Shown here: one piece after another, positions 26,745-39,300 of the stretch
Position numbering within the stretch: the stretch's first letter is position 1
Layout of the letters: each line of letters starts with the position of its first letter
Assembly: GCA_900617105.1 (NCBI GenBank)
Contig: UYFQ01000172.1
Span: forward strand, 1-54,484
Length of the DNA stretch: 54,484 nt
Reading direction: 5' to 3'
Origin: Hydrurus foetidus
Taxonomy: Eukaryota
The notes under the pieces: model-generated
What the model was told of the DNA's origin: nothing
Databases searched by the model: none
Seen by the model: only the letters and a program-made list of their open reading frames with translations
Translations under genes and position numbers: made by a program

Positions 26745-29497
26745 TCTCTCTCGCACACGCACACACACTCTCTCTCACACTCTCTCTCTTCACACACAAA
26801 CACACACACCCTCCCTCACTCTCACCATTGATCCACAGATTCTTCAAGAGTCTGGACCAGACTAGCGGATCATCACAACCCACAGATGCAACAGGAGGAG
26901 ATGATGCGGTCAACAATTTGTTCACATCTCCTGTGCCTGGCGTAGCACCGTTCTCATACACTAATTCGGAACATCACACAAATGCCGCGCAGAGTGCGTC
27001 TGAGGTGGGTACTATTGCCTACTTTGCTGCAATTATCATGATTCTCCTGTTTCTAGTATAATGACAGCTATTTCGTGTATATTCGTATTCCTTTCCGCGC
27101 ATATCATTGAAATGTATGTCAACTTCAATCTTTTCAACTCTAAAATCCTTATAAGATACTGAAGAGAATTTAACACTTTTACTAACAGTCTATGCCAAAA
27201 ACATCACATCTGCTACAACATGCATAGGCGCCATTTTACATTGTATCTGTCCCTCGTAATCACTGCTATACTTTTACTGATAATGCACCAAATCCGTGTA
27301 TCTGTTACCCGAACATCATCATCATCATTGTGATTAAAATGCCTGAATTCGCATCTAATTTCAGGCGACATCACCGCCTCTAACCATACTGCGCAAACAA
27401 GTCACCACCCTTAAGGGACGCGCTGAAGACATGTCTCACAGATGCGCCCAGCAGGAGGTGAGAACAGCTACTAGAATGTTAGGAATCTGGAATCTGACCC
27501 AAGAATCTTTCTGAAATTTTGTTATTAAGAATATTATGATAGATTTTATCTGCGGGGATATATTTGCAATGTTGAGTTTCTTCGTTTTAAAATACTCACG
27601 TATATTTTGTATGTATTTTGCTATCTCATTCTTCTATACATTTTCGCCTTACCATGTTACACACGACTTTTTTAGGATTCTATTCGTATGTCAAGAAAAG
27701 ATATCGAGGAATACAAAATCAAAATCGTCCATTTGGAACACGTGTTGCAGAGGACGACGCACGAAAAACAGGTTATTTATCACCATCATTTCTATTTTAT
27801 TTTCCATCTGCAGTGCGCATCAAAATTCAACTTTTTTATTGAACTAAAGTGGACGGGTTTCAGGTCTCATATTGACAGATTGCAATGAAATAAAGTCGAA
27901 AAGCTTCAACTTAATTAAGATCTTGATTCCAAAGTGGATAATATAGAATACTTTTCAGTACACTACACTGTTCTGAAGTGCACATCACTGTACTGTGCGA
28001 CACTAAATCAAATTACACGAAGTATCGTAACGTACTATATCGTACTGCACTGCACTCATTCTACAACAAATCGCCAATTTTCAGGTGATTGAGTCTCGTC
28101 TTAGCCATGCGGACGAAGACATTCTCCATCTGAGAGCTACAGCAGGAGAGCTCGCATTAGAGAAAGAGATGGTGACCACTGGCTCAGAAGATATGGCACA
28201 GAAAGTCAGGTATGTCAGCGAATATTTTAAAAATATCTTTTCCAGTTCCTTCCCTCTTTCATTCTATCTTTCTATCGTTCCTTCTTTCTCCCTCCTGTTT
28301 TCTGTTTTGTTCTTGATTGTGTGGTGTCCATTTTAATTCTATATTTCCTTCATAAGCTGCTGTGGTAGAATACCTATTGACTGCGCTCCTTACTCTCATT
28401 ACATCTGTTTCCCTGTTTCCCGTGTACCAACATGCCACTGCAGAGGTTTTATCAGAGACATCGATGGGCTCATGTCAGACGCTCTCTCCCGATCACACAC
28501 CGCAACAGGTACGCAGTACGTATGTATAGAGATGAAGAAGAAAGAGAGATGTGAGGTGGAAGAGGAGACAGAAGAAAATAAAAATAAAAACGAAGATATA
28601 TAATCACTTTAACCGCACTCTTTACCTCTAAGTGCTGTTTCTCTCTCTTACTCACCACCCTTCTCCCCCTCTTTCTCTCTCTCTCCCTCTCTCTCTCTCT
28701 CCCTCCCTTTCTCTCTCACACTCACCACCCTTCTCTCTCTCCCCCTCTTTCTCTCTCTCTCCCTCTCTCCCTCCCTTTCTTTCTTCCAGGCGGTAAGATC
28801 ATCATGCGTAGTGAGATAGGTAACCCCGGAGGGACGAAGAGCGCGGTACGTACGTGTCTATCCGTCTGTCCATACTATACTACGTACATTGCTTACATGG
28901 TTGAATTTGGGTCTATTCGATACTTATCACCACTGTTCAATCACTCCATGCACAGCGCTCCACCCTCCTGCCCTCTTCTTCCCTCCTCTAAATGCTCACT
29001 TCACCGCAACCTTCTCTACTCGTATTCTCTTCAGGTTGGCGGCTCTTTACTTTCCTCCGCTCCTCTATCAAACACCCTCAACGTATCCACTGCATCATCC
29101 GGTAAGAGAGCTCCCTTGTATTTCCCTTTATCAACCCTACGTCACTATCCATACTGTCAATTTTCTATACGGGTACTACTTGACCCTCTTCAATCAGTTC
29201 GACACCAAGCCAAGCCTTGAAAGTATCTCTCTTCGCCTTCTTCTTTCAATCGTCACATCACTAACGCATGTACAAACACCTCTATCGTACGTTAGGCACA
29301 TCTCTTGAGATTGCGGCTGGTACAATGCTGCCTTCATGTGCGTGTGACATCGAGAGGTCTCTAGACATCCTGTGCAGTGCACTAGAAGCTGTCACCGCTG
29401 ACACACACACCAGGTACAGAGCATGCGGATCTTTATTTCCTTCTTTCTTTCTTACGTACTTTCTTTCTTTCTTCCTTTTTTCCCTTTCTTTCTTTCT

Positions 29498-29552
<55 letters not shown>

Positions 29553-32500
29553 TTTCTCTCTCATACGCACAGACACTCACTCAGTTGCACAGAATCCCTT
29601 TCACATCCCTCTCGCAATATCTGCAATCGTTACTTCTGACCAACAGTCTTCATATCTGCGTTTGAATAATCCTTACAGCTACTCTAACAGCACCACTAAC
29701 AGTTCATCAAACACTCAAACCAGTCACAGTCACCGCCACTTATCAATATCAATTTCTACACTCTCTTACAGACGTGATCAGCAGGAGAAGGTTGTGTCTG
29801 ACTGGGCTGAGAAGGAAAAGGCCTGGGAGGTTCAACGGGCAGAACTGAGTTCTCAGATCGTTGCGATGGTGAGTGGTGATCGCTCACATTCATTCTTGTA
29901 TTTGTTTGAACGGGACTAGTTGAAACGTCACTAAAGTAGCTAAGCTGTGAGACTTTGGCGCAGAATTTCAGAAGTGTATCGATGTAAATCACATTTAATT
30001 ATTTGGTCAAGAAGTCATACAATAACTAACTATCTCGTACACCATGCGAGATTACAATACGAAACAATACATCGCAATAGTTAGAACACAGAACAAACAT
30101 CACCTAACAACACAAAACAAAAAACACTCAACGCCTTGTAGGAGGAAGCAGTGCGGGATGAGAGGGTGAGTGCCACCGGTCACCTCAGAGACGTATCTCT
30201 CCTAAGGCCCGAAATAGAAACGCAGAAGGAACTACTGGCAGAATTCGCACGCAATAATGCAGAACTGGAATTAGAGTACAAGGTCCGTGGAATGAAATAC
30301 TAAACATTGATAATTTGCTGCATTTTTTCTAAGAACTGCTTACTCTTCATGTGTACTTCTCAACTTCTACTTTTAAGATTCCGTCTCTTCTTTAACTCTT
30401 ACTATCTCTGATCCTCCCTTCCTGTCCCTCTCCCTGTCTCCCACTCTCCTCCCTCTGTCCCTCTTTTTCCTTCTCTTCTTTTCTTTTTCTCTATCCTTCA
30501 GGCTGCAGCTGAGAACAATGGAGAGTTACGCACTGCACTATCAGAGGCAGAGGGTCTCTGTCTGGACCTCAGGGGCAGAACCAGAACACTGCAGGTACGT
30601 GTGTGTGTGTCACTACACAAGATGTGTCTGCATGTGTTACTTGAACACTAAATATGTGTGTGTATGTGTTACTTGAACACTAAATATGTGTGTGTATGTG
30701 TTACTTGAACACTAAATATGTGTGTGTATGTGTTACTTGAACACTAAATATGTGTGTGTATGTGTTACTTGAACACTAAATATGTGTGTGTATGTGTTAC
30801 TTGAACACTAAATATGTGTGTGTATGTGTTACTTGAACACTAAATATGTGTGTGTATGTGTTACTTGAACACTAAATATGTGTGTGTATGTGTTACTTGA
30901 ACACTAAATATGTGTGTGTATGTGTTACTTGAACACTAAATATGTGTGTGTATGTGTTACTTGAACACTAAATATGTGTGTGTATGTGTTACTTGAACAC
31001 TAAATATGTGTGTGTATGTGTTACTTGAACACTAAATATGTGTGTGTATGTGTTACTTGAACACTAAATATGTGTGTGTATGTGTTACTTGAACACTAAA
31101 TATGTGTGTGTATGTGTTACTTGAACACTAAATATGTGTGTGTATGTGTTACTTGAACACTAAATATGTGTGTGTATTTGTTACTTGAACACTAAATATG
31201 TGTGTGTTCGTGTGTGCCGTTTCAATTCGAACTTGCTGAGGGGATTCATCTCTTCACTACGCCTCATTTTTCTCTTTTTCTTTTTCTTTTTTTCTCTTCT
31301 TCATGTCATTAGATTGAGGACGAGAAGAAGAGTCAAGAGATCGAGGATCTTTCAGAACAGGTAAATTCCAGACGTCTCCAGTCATGGATAAATGCGAAGT
31401 TCAAATGCAATAAACATAAATCGCAAGTATCCAGTGGAGAACGACTTGAATCAAGTATCCGTAAATGTCAGCACCATCGTAGCAATTATCATCCGTTTCG
31501 AGTATTTCGGATCATCTGCTAGTCATGAGTTAAGTCTCTCTCACGAATGCCCTTTCATCAATGTCAACGCTATTGTCACTGTCATTCTTCAGATCGAGTC
31601 AATGAGGAAGAGAGCTGCTGACACCGACTTCGAGATCGAGAAGGGCAGCGCAGCAAACGATCGGCTGAGGTGTGTAACTGTCACGCCACATATATGTTCA
31701 AATGTGTGTTGACTTGTTGATACATTCTACGTTACATTGACAAGATCTCCGAAACCTTCCATAGGCCACATTCATAATTCTTGCACTCAAACACACACCT
31801 GACTCACGCACACGCATGCATTCCCATTTTCATGTGTACATACACACACAGATACATCAATACAAACGTACTACTTGCACGTTCACGAATTCTTCTGCTT
31901 TCATTCCAATGCGTTCTAGCACTCAAATCTTTTTATTCGGACCCTCTCCCCCTTTCTCTAATTATCCCCCCACTCACTCTCTATCTCCCCTCCCTCATTT
32001 TCCTCCCTCTCTCTCTTCCCCTCCCTTTCCTTCCATCCTCCCTGCCTCCCTTTTCCCCCTCCCCTTCTCTCCTTTCTCCTACATCAGAGCGGAGAAAGAC
32101 GCCTTAGACAATGTGAGGCGCAGCATGGAGGCAGAACTAGACCGCTGCCGTCTGGAATTATCCGGTCTACGGTCCATGGCCAGAGATACGGAGCAAGACG
32201 GCCAAGCAACCTTTGAAGTCGAGAAACTTCTGGGAGCTTTGAAGACCACTATGGATCAAGTGACCGCCACTGCTGCTGTTGCAGGTGATGTAGTGTACCG
32301 TACGTATTGCACGTACTAGTACTGTCATTGACTTCACTGTAGTACATGCATTGTGCCGGTGGTGTTTTGTATTGTAATATACTTTTTTCTTGCAAACTGC
32401 ATACCACACTGGATGCAGTCAGAGCTTCTCCTCCACTTATCTCACACTCGTTGTTCGTTTTCCATTCCCATAACTCTCCATCTCTCTATCATAGCTCATG

Positions 32501-35500
32501 TCCTTTCTATTCTATTCACTCATCATTTAGGCGGGTCTACCGGAACTGCTCCAATGTCCCGGCTATCCCCATATGTCTCCAAACCTGTCCCTCACACAGA
32601 CACAGGGGATCAAGGCATCCTAGCTCCCTCCCTCTCCAGTAGAGTGGATGCTGCCGTCGCTAGATTAGGAGAGTTCAGGACGTGGACTAGAGAGGATGCA
32701 AAGGTGGGTGTCTTTGCAAGATGTTGTTGTACTTTCCTTTGTCCTTGAATGTCTTCTTCTTGATCGCTCTGAACAGTTTTGCGTTATTTTTTGATGTAAC
32801 TAGACTCGATGTCTAGGTTCATAACGCATTCACTCGCACTACATCCACTTCTCACCTCCTTTGATTTCCTTTCCTTTCCTTCACTTCCCCCACCTCTTCT
32901 CCACCACTCTTCTTTGGTATCTTTCTACCCACTACCCTCTGCTACCACTAATACTCAACAACACGTACAGCCATCAAGTACCTCCACTTCTTTCCTCACT
33001 GACAAGACACCCATCCCTTTCATTCAATCTTAACTCAGTGACAAGATACCCATCCCTTTCATTCAATCTTAATTCAGTGACAAGATACCCATCCCTTTCA
33101 TCCAATCTTAACTCAGTGACAAGACACCCATTCCTTTCATCCAATCTTAACTCAGTGACAAGACACCCATTCCTTTCATCCAATCTTAACTCAGTGACAA
33201 GACACCCATTCCTTTCATCCAATCTTAACTCACTGACAAGACACCCATTCCTTTCATCCAATCTTAACTCAGTGACGAGACACCCATTCCTTTCATCCAA
33301 TCTTAACTCACTGACAAGACACCCATTCCTTTCATCCAATCTTAACTCAGTGACGAGACACCCATTCCTTTCATCCAATCTTAACTCACTGACAAATATC
33401 TCGTCCACACTTCAAAATGAATATTAATTAGTTCATTCATCCTTTCATTTATTCATTCATTCATTCATACATACATACATACAAAGCCTAAACTCATCCA
33501 CACCTCTCATATACCCACGTAAACGCCACTTATCAACCACCATACCTGGAATATCTGGAATCTTGCACCCAAGATCCGCCGCGGCACGGAAGAGAAGGTG
33601 CAGGAGTTGGAACAAGAAGTGCTGGCTGCTCAGAACGCAGCAGAGGACACTCAGAGAGCCCTCAGAAAAGCGCTCCTGCAATCCTCAGAAAGAGAGGCGG
33701 AGGTACGACTTTCTCTCCGTACTGTTCATTTCTGCCTATTCTATACTATGCCGCGCTATACTATTTAACATTCTATACGATTCTGTACTGTGCCACTCTA
33801 TGCTGTGCTGTGCAATGCTATGCCATGCTATTTGATGTACTACACCATGCTATTCTGCCCTCCATTTCTTCACCCCTCCCTTGTCTGTGTTCATCCAATT
33901 TTTTGTATATATAAGGATGAAAATTAAATTGATAGTGGACTGAATTAACTGCGTCAGTATGACTTTCTTCTCTTCACATTCCCCACCCCCTCAACCTTCC
34001 CCCTCCCATCCCTTTCATATTGATAGGTGCGCGAGAAGATGAAAGAAATCACTGAGTTGCGATTTGAAAACGAAAGCAAGGACGAGGAGATTGAGAAGTT
34101 GAGGAAGGAGGACTCGACACTGGGGGGTACTCTTGAGATAGAGAGAAGGAGCAGACAGAAACAACTGGCTGAGCTGCACACCAGGGATGGAGAAATACTG
34201 TTCCTCAGGTGGGAACGTGTGTGATGTATTCGTGCGGTTGGGCTGCAAATTGTGTGTGTCGTGGGTGGATGTCTGGGTGTGTTGTTCGTGTTTCGTGTGC
34301 TTTTATGTATGTATGTACGTACGTACGAGTGTTCATGTGCGTGTTAGAGTGGGTGTGTCGTGCCATCTGTAGGTCCAATTTGCGACACGTCCTCTTCTAG
34401 ATCACCTGTACAACAAATGATCAACTTCTCATTTCGTTTTTAGATCGGAGCTGGAAGGTCAGAAAATGAGCAACGCAAAGACCCTGGACCAAGTTTCGGA
34501 TTTGAAGCAGCGCCTCGACACCTCAGCAGAGGAACTGGAAGAGAAGGGAGAGCAGTTACGAGTAGTCAAGGCTCATAATTTGAAGCTAAACGTCACGTTA
34601 GAGCAGCTGGAAAGAGGATCAGAAGTTGATACTATGAGTAGACTGACGCTGGAAAAACGGTACGTGCGGCCGTACATTCTTACAGTTTCTTTCTCAAATG
34701 TTTACATCCTACAATTGTTTTTGAGTGTCAGAGGTTCTTCCTTTCACTTAGTTCTGACTCCTCCATCTGCCGTACCCTACGCACCTTCGTAACGAAATTG
34801 AAAGATTGAAGACAATGAAAAAAAGATACTTAAAATATTCCTTTATTTGAGCTTTTGTTCCTCCTACTATTCTTAAAAATCATAAGACGTGTAACAACAG
34901 ATAGTTCTGCAGCAACATATGACGTACTTACTTTTCTATACGTACTTTCTATTTCTGTGCGCGCAGTGTGGGCGATTCAGAGAGCCTACACGGAGTTATA
35001 TCGTCTCTGAGAGCGCAGCTGGCAGAGAGCGAGAATGCCACTAAAGCCGCCAGAGAACACACTAAAATAGTGGGTGACAGCAAGGTGATATATCTTAACT
35101 TGTCTTATTACATCTTATTTCACCTTATACGATTTGACGTGTCGAGTAGGGGACACCGAAGATGTAAATATAGACTCAACTTGAAAATCAAGGCTGTTTG
35201 ATGAAATTTTACGCTATGCCCCTTCCTTGTGCTATCTTAATCTTCACCGACTCTCCTTTGAATGTCTCACCTCTTTTTACTGCTCCAATTCCTCTCTTAT
35301 CCCCTGTCATCCTCTTCACTTCCTTCTCCATTTCATTCCGTATCATTTCTGTGCACTCCGTTGCATCTAGGCTGAGCTGGAGGGTCGTCATGCTCAAGCC
35401 ATACGGGATCTGGAAGCTAACCGTAAAGTGCTCTACTCCGCAGAGATCAGACACAACGAGGTAAAGATAACAGAACAACCTAATAATATCTTAAATGATT

Positions 35501-36353
35501 GGATTGAATTGATGCAATCCTAAACATTAGATCGTCTAGTAACAAGGAAGTTATTTAGAAACATCTGAAATCAGCCAATGCTCAGGACGTGACCTGAAAT
35601 TGTCAATTGGCATCACGTGCATACGTCTGATGAACTGGCAGTCACTTACGATTCATGCCATCTAACATGTAACATCTCTATTAATACACATTCGGTGCAC
35701 ACTATATCAAATCACTACCACACTTCGCAACACTTTCAAACACCTAACGACACCCCTCAAAATATCTCAACACATTTCAACACCACTCTCAACACTTCGT
35801 CAGATGGTCAAAGAGAAATCCAATTTAGTGGCAGAGACCCTGGATCTCAGAACTTCCCTTTCCAAAGCGAAGGAACGTACGGACCAGGAGTACGCACTCA
35901 GACTGCAGATGGAGAGCAACGTGGAGGCACTCAAGAGGTACACGTGCGCGCATTTGTTTGTGTTTTTGCATGTGTATCCTTGTTCTGTGTGCACTCGTAT
36001 CCGTGTGTGCATGTGTATGCTCTTATTTTAATTCATTGCTGTCCCCATCTGCACCCTCATGATATCTTTCAGCTAGACTGATCTCACTTTCCTCACCCCT
36101 CCTGTTCTGCAGAGCGTCCAACGAGACTCGCATGTTGACCATGGATTCGTCGGAGAGAGAAGGGCGCACAGAACAACTATACGCACAGGTGAGTGAGTAC
36201 GTGTGTGTGAGAGAGAGTTAGTGTGTATGTGTGGGTGTGTGTGCTGCAATGTACTGTGCTGTATTACATACTTATGCACCCCTTCCCTTCCCTCTCTTCT
36301 CCCCTCTATCCTCTCCTCTCCTCTCTCCCGAAATCTCACCCACATCCCATACA

Positions 36354-36394
<41 letters not shown>

Positions 36395-39300
36395 GCGAAG
36401 AAGAGAAGAAGACCCTTCGATCCAGTCTGGTGGCGTTACAGAATGCGTATGACGAGAAGGAGAGAGCGCGTCTCAGTGAAGTAGCGCTCAGGCAGAGGGC
36501 CGATGCTGATCTCGCGAAGTACAAGGTGGGTGGGTGGCTCGCATCAGTGTTTCCTCATACATCATCAATATACTGTCGTTTATTAGTCGTGACATAGACC
36601 AGTTGTTCACGATACTCTTCGTTTCTCACTGTTCCCATTCCTCTCCATTTTTCTGCTCTTTCCCCATTCCCCTTCCTCCTTCCTCTCCAGAGTATGATGG
36701 ACAAAGCGAACTACGATTTGTCAGACAGCACTGCGAGAGCCAAGGCAAGTCAATGGTGTTTTTTTGCGACTCCTTTTTAGCTGTCTGAACCACTATCACC
36801 TACAGAGATATACAGCTCACTTAGTTCCTTTTAAGACACCTCTATTCTTCTTCGGCAAGACACTCCTCTGAGATGGAAAACACTATTCCGTGTGGGACAT
36901 TGAGTATGCTCCCTCCGTCCTCTCTTCTTTTCTATTACCTTCTCTCCTGTCCATTACTCCCTTTCCTTCTTTCCTCCAGGGCCCTCCTCCTTTTCGTCAT
37001 TCACTCTCCTCACCTCGCAATCAACAACCCACCTCCTCTCTTCTACCCACACTAAATATTCTCCCTCTTCCTCGCCCTCAGGCCCTTCGAACTGAAGGAC
37101 GCAAGGCGCGCAAACAGGTGTTGGAATGTGTCGGTCTTGTGCGCGACCTCGTCTATCTCGTGCAGCTTGATGTACGTACGTCCGACCAGTCAGAGGAGCA
37201 CAGCAAGGTACGGGCAGGATGGGACTGTTTTTTTACATGCAGTTCATCTATATTACTCTTACTTGCTGAGAAATTGAACTTCATTTGTGCGTAAATAAAG
37301 TGATAGTTCAGTTTTTTGGGACTGTATTTCGTCATTACTGTATTCCCTCCTGTGTTTATCTTTGATTCATCACTTCCTGAAAGTCCCACCACATCAATTC
37401 AAATCACTTATCTTTCCGTCTTGTCTGTTTGTCTATCTGTTTGTCAACTCCTCTCTATTTGTCTCTCAACTCGCTTCACTTCTCTCTCTTTGAAGCTCAC
37501 GGCTGCGTTGAGTGGAGCGAGTGGCATTGGAGTATCACCGATCAAGATGAGAACACTCTCGTTCGACGAAGAAAATGGAGGAGGAGAAAAGGTAACATCA
37601 GATGGTGCCTCACTGCTATTTCTTAACGTGTATCACGGCTAATACACATCTTGTGTGAGACTCTCATGCATCTGTTGTTAAGATATCCACCTTCTTCATT
37701 GTCTGTTCATTGTCAATCTTTTCTGATTAGTAGCGATTGATTTTATACTTCACCGTCTGATATTCTATTCCCATTTACTTCTGAAATACCCTTTCCTTCT
37801 GTCTCTGTCCCTGTCCCATCCCTTCTTCTACCCTTTCTATTCCCACTACCCTGTCCCTCATCCCACCACCCATCAACGACATACACTCACTACCTCCCGC
37901 CCTTCTCCCCCCCCCCTCTCTCCCTCCCTCTCTCACCGTCCCCTAACTACACCACCCATTCAACACCACCACCAACATCCACTCTTCCCCTCACCCACAC
38001 CCTCAGGAGAAACACCTACTAGGCTTGTGTGAAGCACTCGGCATGACCGAGCTGGCAGCAGCGGTTGAGGGAATGAAGGAACTCATCCCTTGGCTCAGAG
38101 ACATGCAACCCAAGGTACGTACGTACATTCTTTAAACAGGAAACAGTCTCATGTTTTTTGTATCCTGTATTCTGAGTTGCACTGATGCTGGGCATGACTG
38201 AGGCTACGATTCAATTTTGTGTAATATGATGTCACTTTTATGTGATAGGATACTCGTTCTCTATGATGTGGGTTCGATTATTTTACTTGACATTCTGGGT
38301 TTTTGCGTGGGTATTCTTCGTTTATCACACAATCATTTCAACTCGCTACCCCTCTCCTCCACACCCTAATCATCTCTTCCTCCACTATCTTTTTCTCTTG
38401 ACTTGTGTAGCTCAAGATAGAGCAGGAAGCGACATTGAGACGGTTAGAGAATGAGAGAAACAGATTGGCGAGAGAATTAGCCAATGCTGAGGAGAAAGGA
38501 GAAGACAAAGAAAAAGGTAAGAAGGTTTCTATTCTATCTTCATTCTAATTGTAATGTCGTTCGCATCAGATATGAATTGTATTGCACTCCTGCATACATA
38601 CCTCCACCCCTCCTTCATTTCTACCATCGTTCCCAATTACCGCCTCTCCTTCTCATATTTCCTCTTACCCTCCCTCCTTCCATCCCTCTTTCTCTCTCTC
38701 TCTATCTTCTCCCTTCCTCACTCCATCCTACATTTCTTCCATCCCTACCCCCAACCTATTCTCCCTCATCATCACACCTCCCCTCTCCTCTCCTCATCAC
38801 ACCACCCCTTCCCTCACTACCCCCACACCCTATCACATCATCATACCACCCCCGCATCTCCCCAATCCACTCCATTCCCTCACCCCAATACCTCAAAACA
38901 CCTCCCCAGGCAAGAAGCAGCGAGACGAGATCCGCACTCTCGAGAACCAGTTGCTCGAAGCGAGGAGAAGGGAAGTGGACAACAGTCTACTGCTAGCAAG
39001 ACAAGCATCTGTGCTGGAAGAGAAACTAGGTAACAATTATACAGAATGTCAGAAATGTCTTCAGTTTGTGTCATACGACATGATAAGACAGGAATATTTA
39101 CGTCTTGTAATTGATCTAAAATCTCGTCTATGCTGAACAGTGTGCTATAGGTGACGTCATCGCTGAGTACTTTACTGATGTACTTAACCTGTTGCTTACC
39201 TGTATTTTCTGATGGTACCCATCATCTGACAACTATTGTTTCTCAACTCAATCACTTCCCCACACCGCCATTCTATACACCACCATTCTCACGTAACATC

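Noticed and set aside
30633..31208. CRISPR-like array (32-bp repeat with internal palindrome)
   Set aside because: Units are head-to-tail with no unique spacers, there are no cas genes, and it lies inside a spliceosomal intron
32861..33427. Repeat-protein ORFs on both strands (VTRHPFLSSNLNS / ELRLDERNGCLVT)
   Set aside because: Artefact of a 39-bp (multiple of 3) intronic minisatellite; flanking exons splice in frame without it
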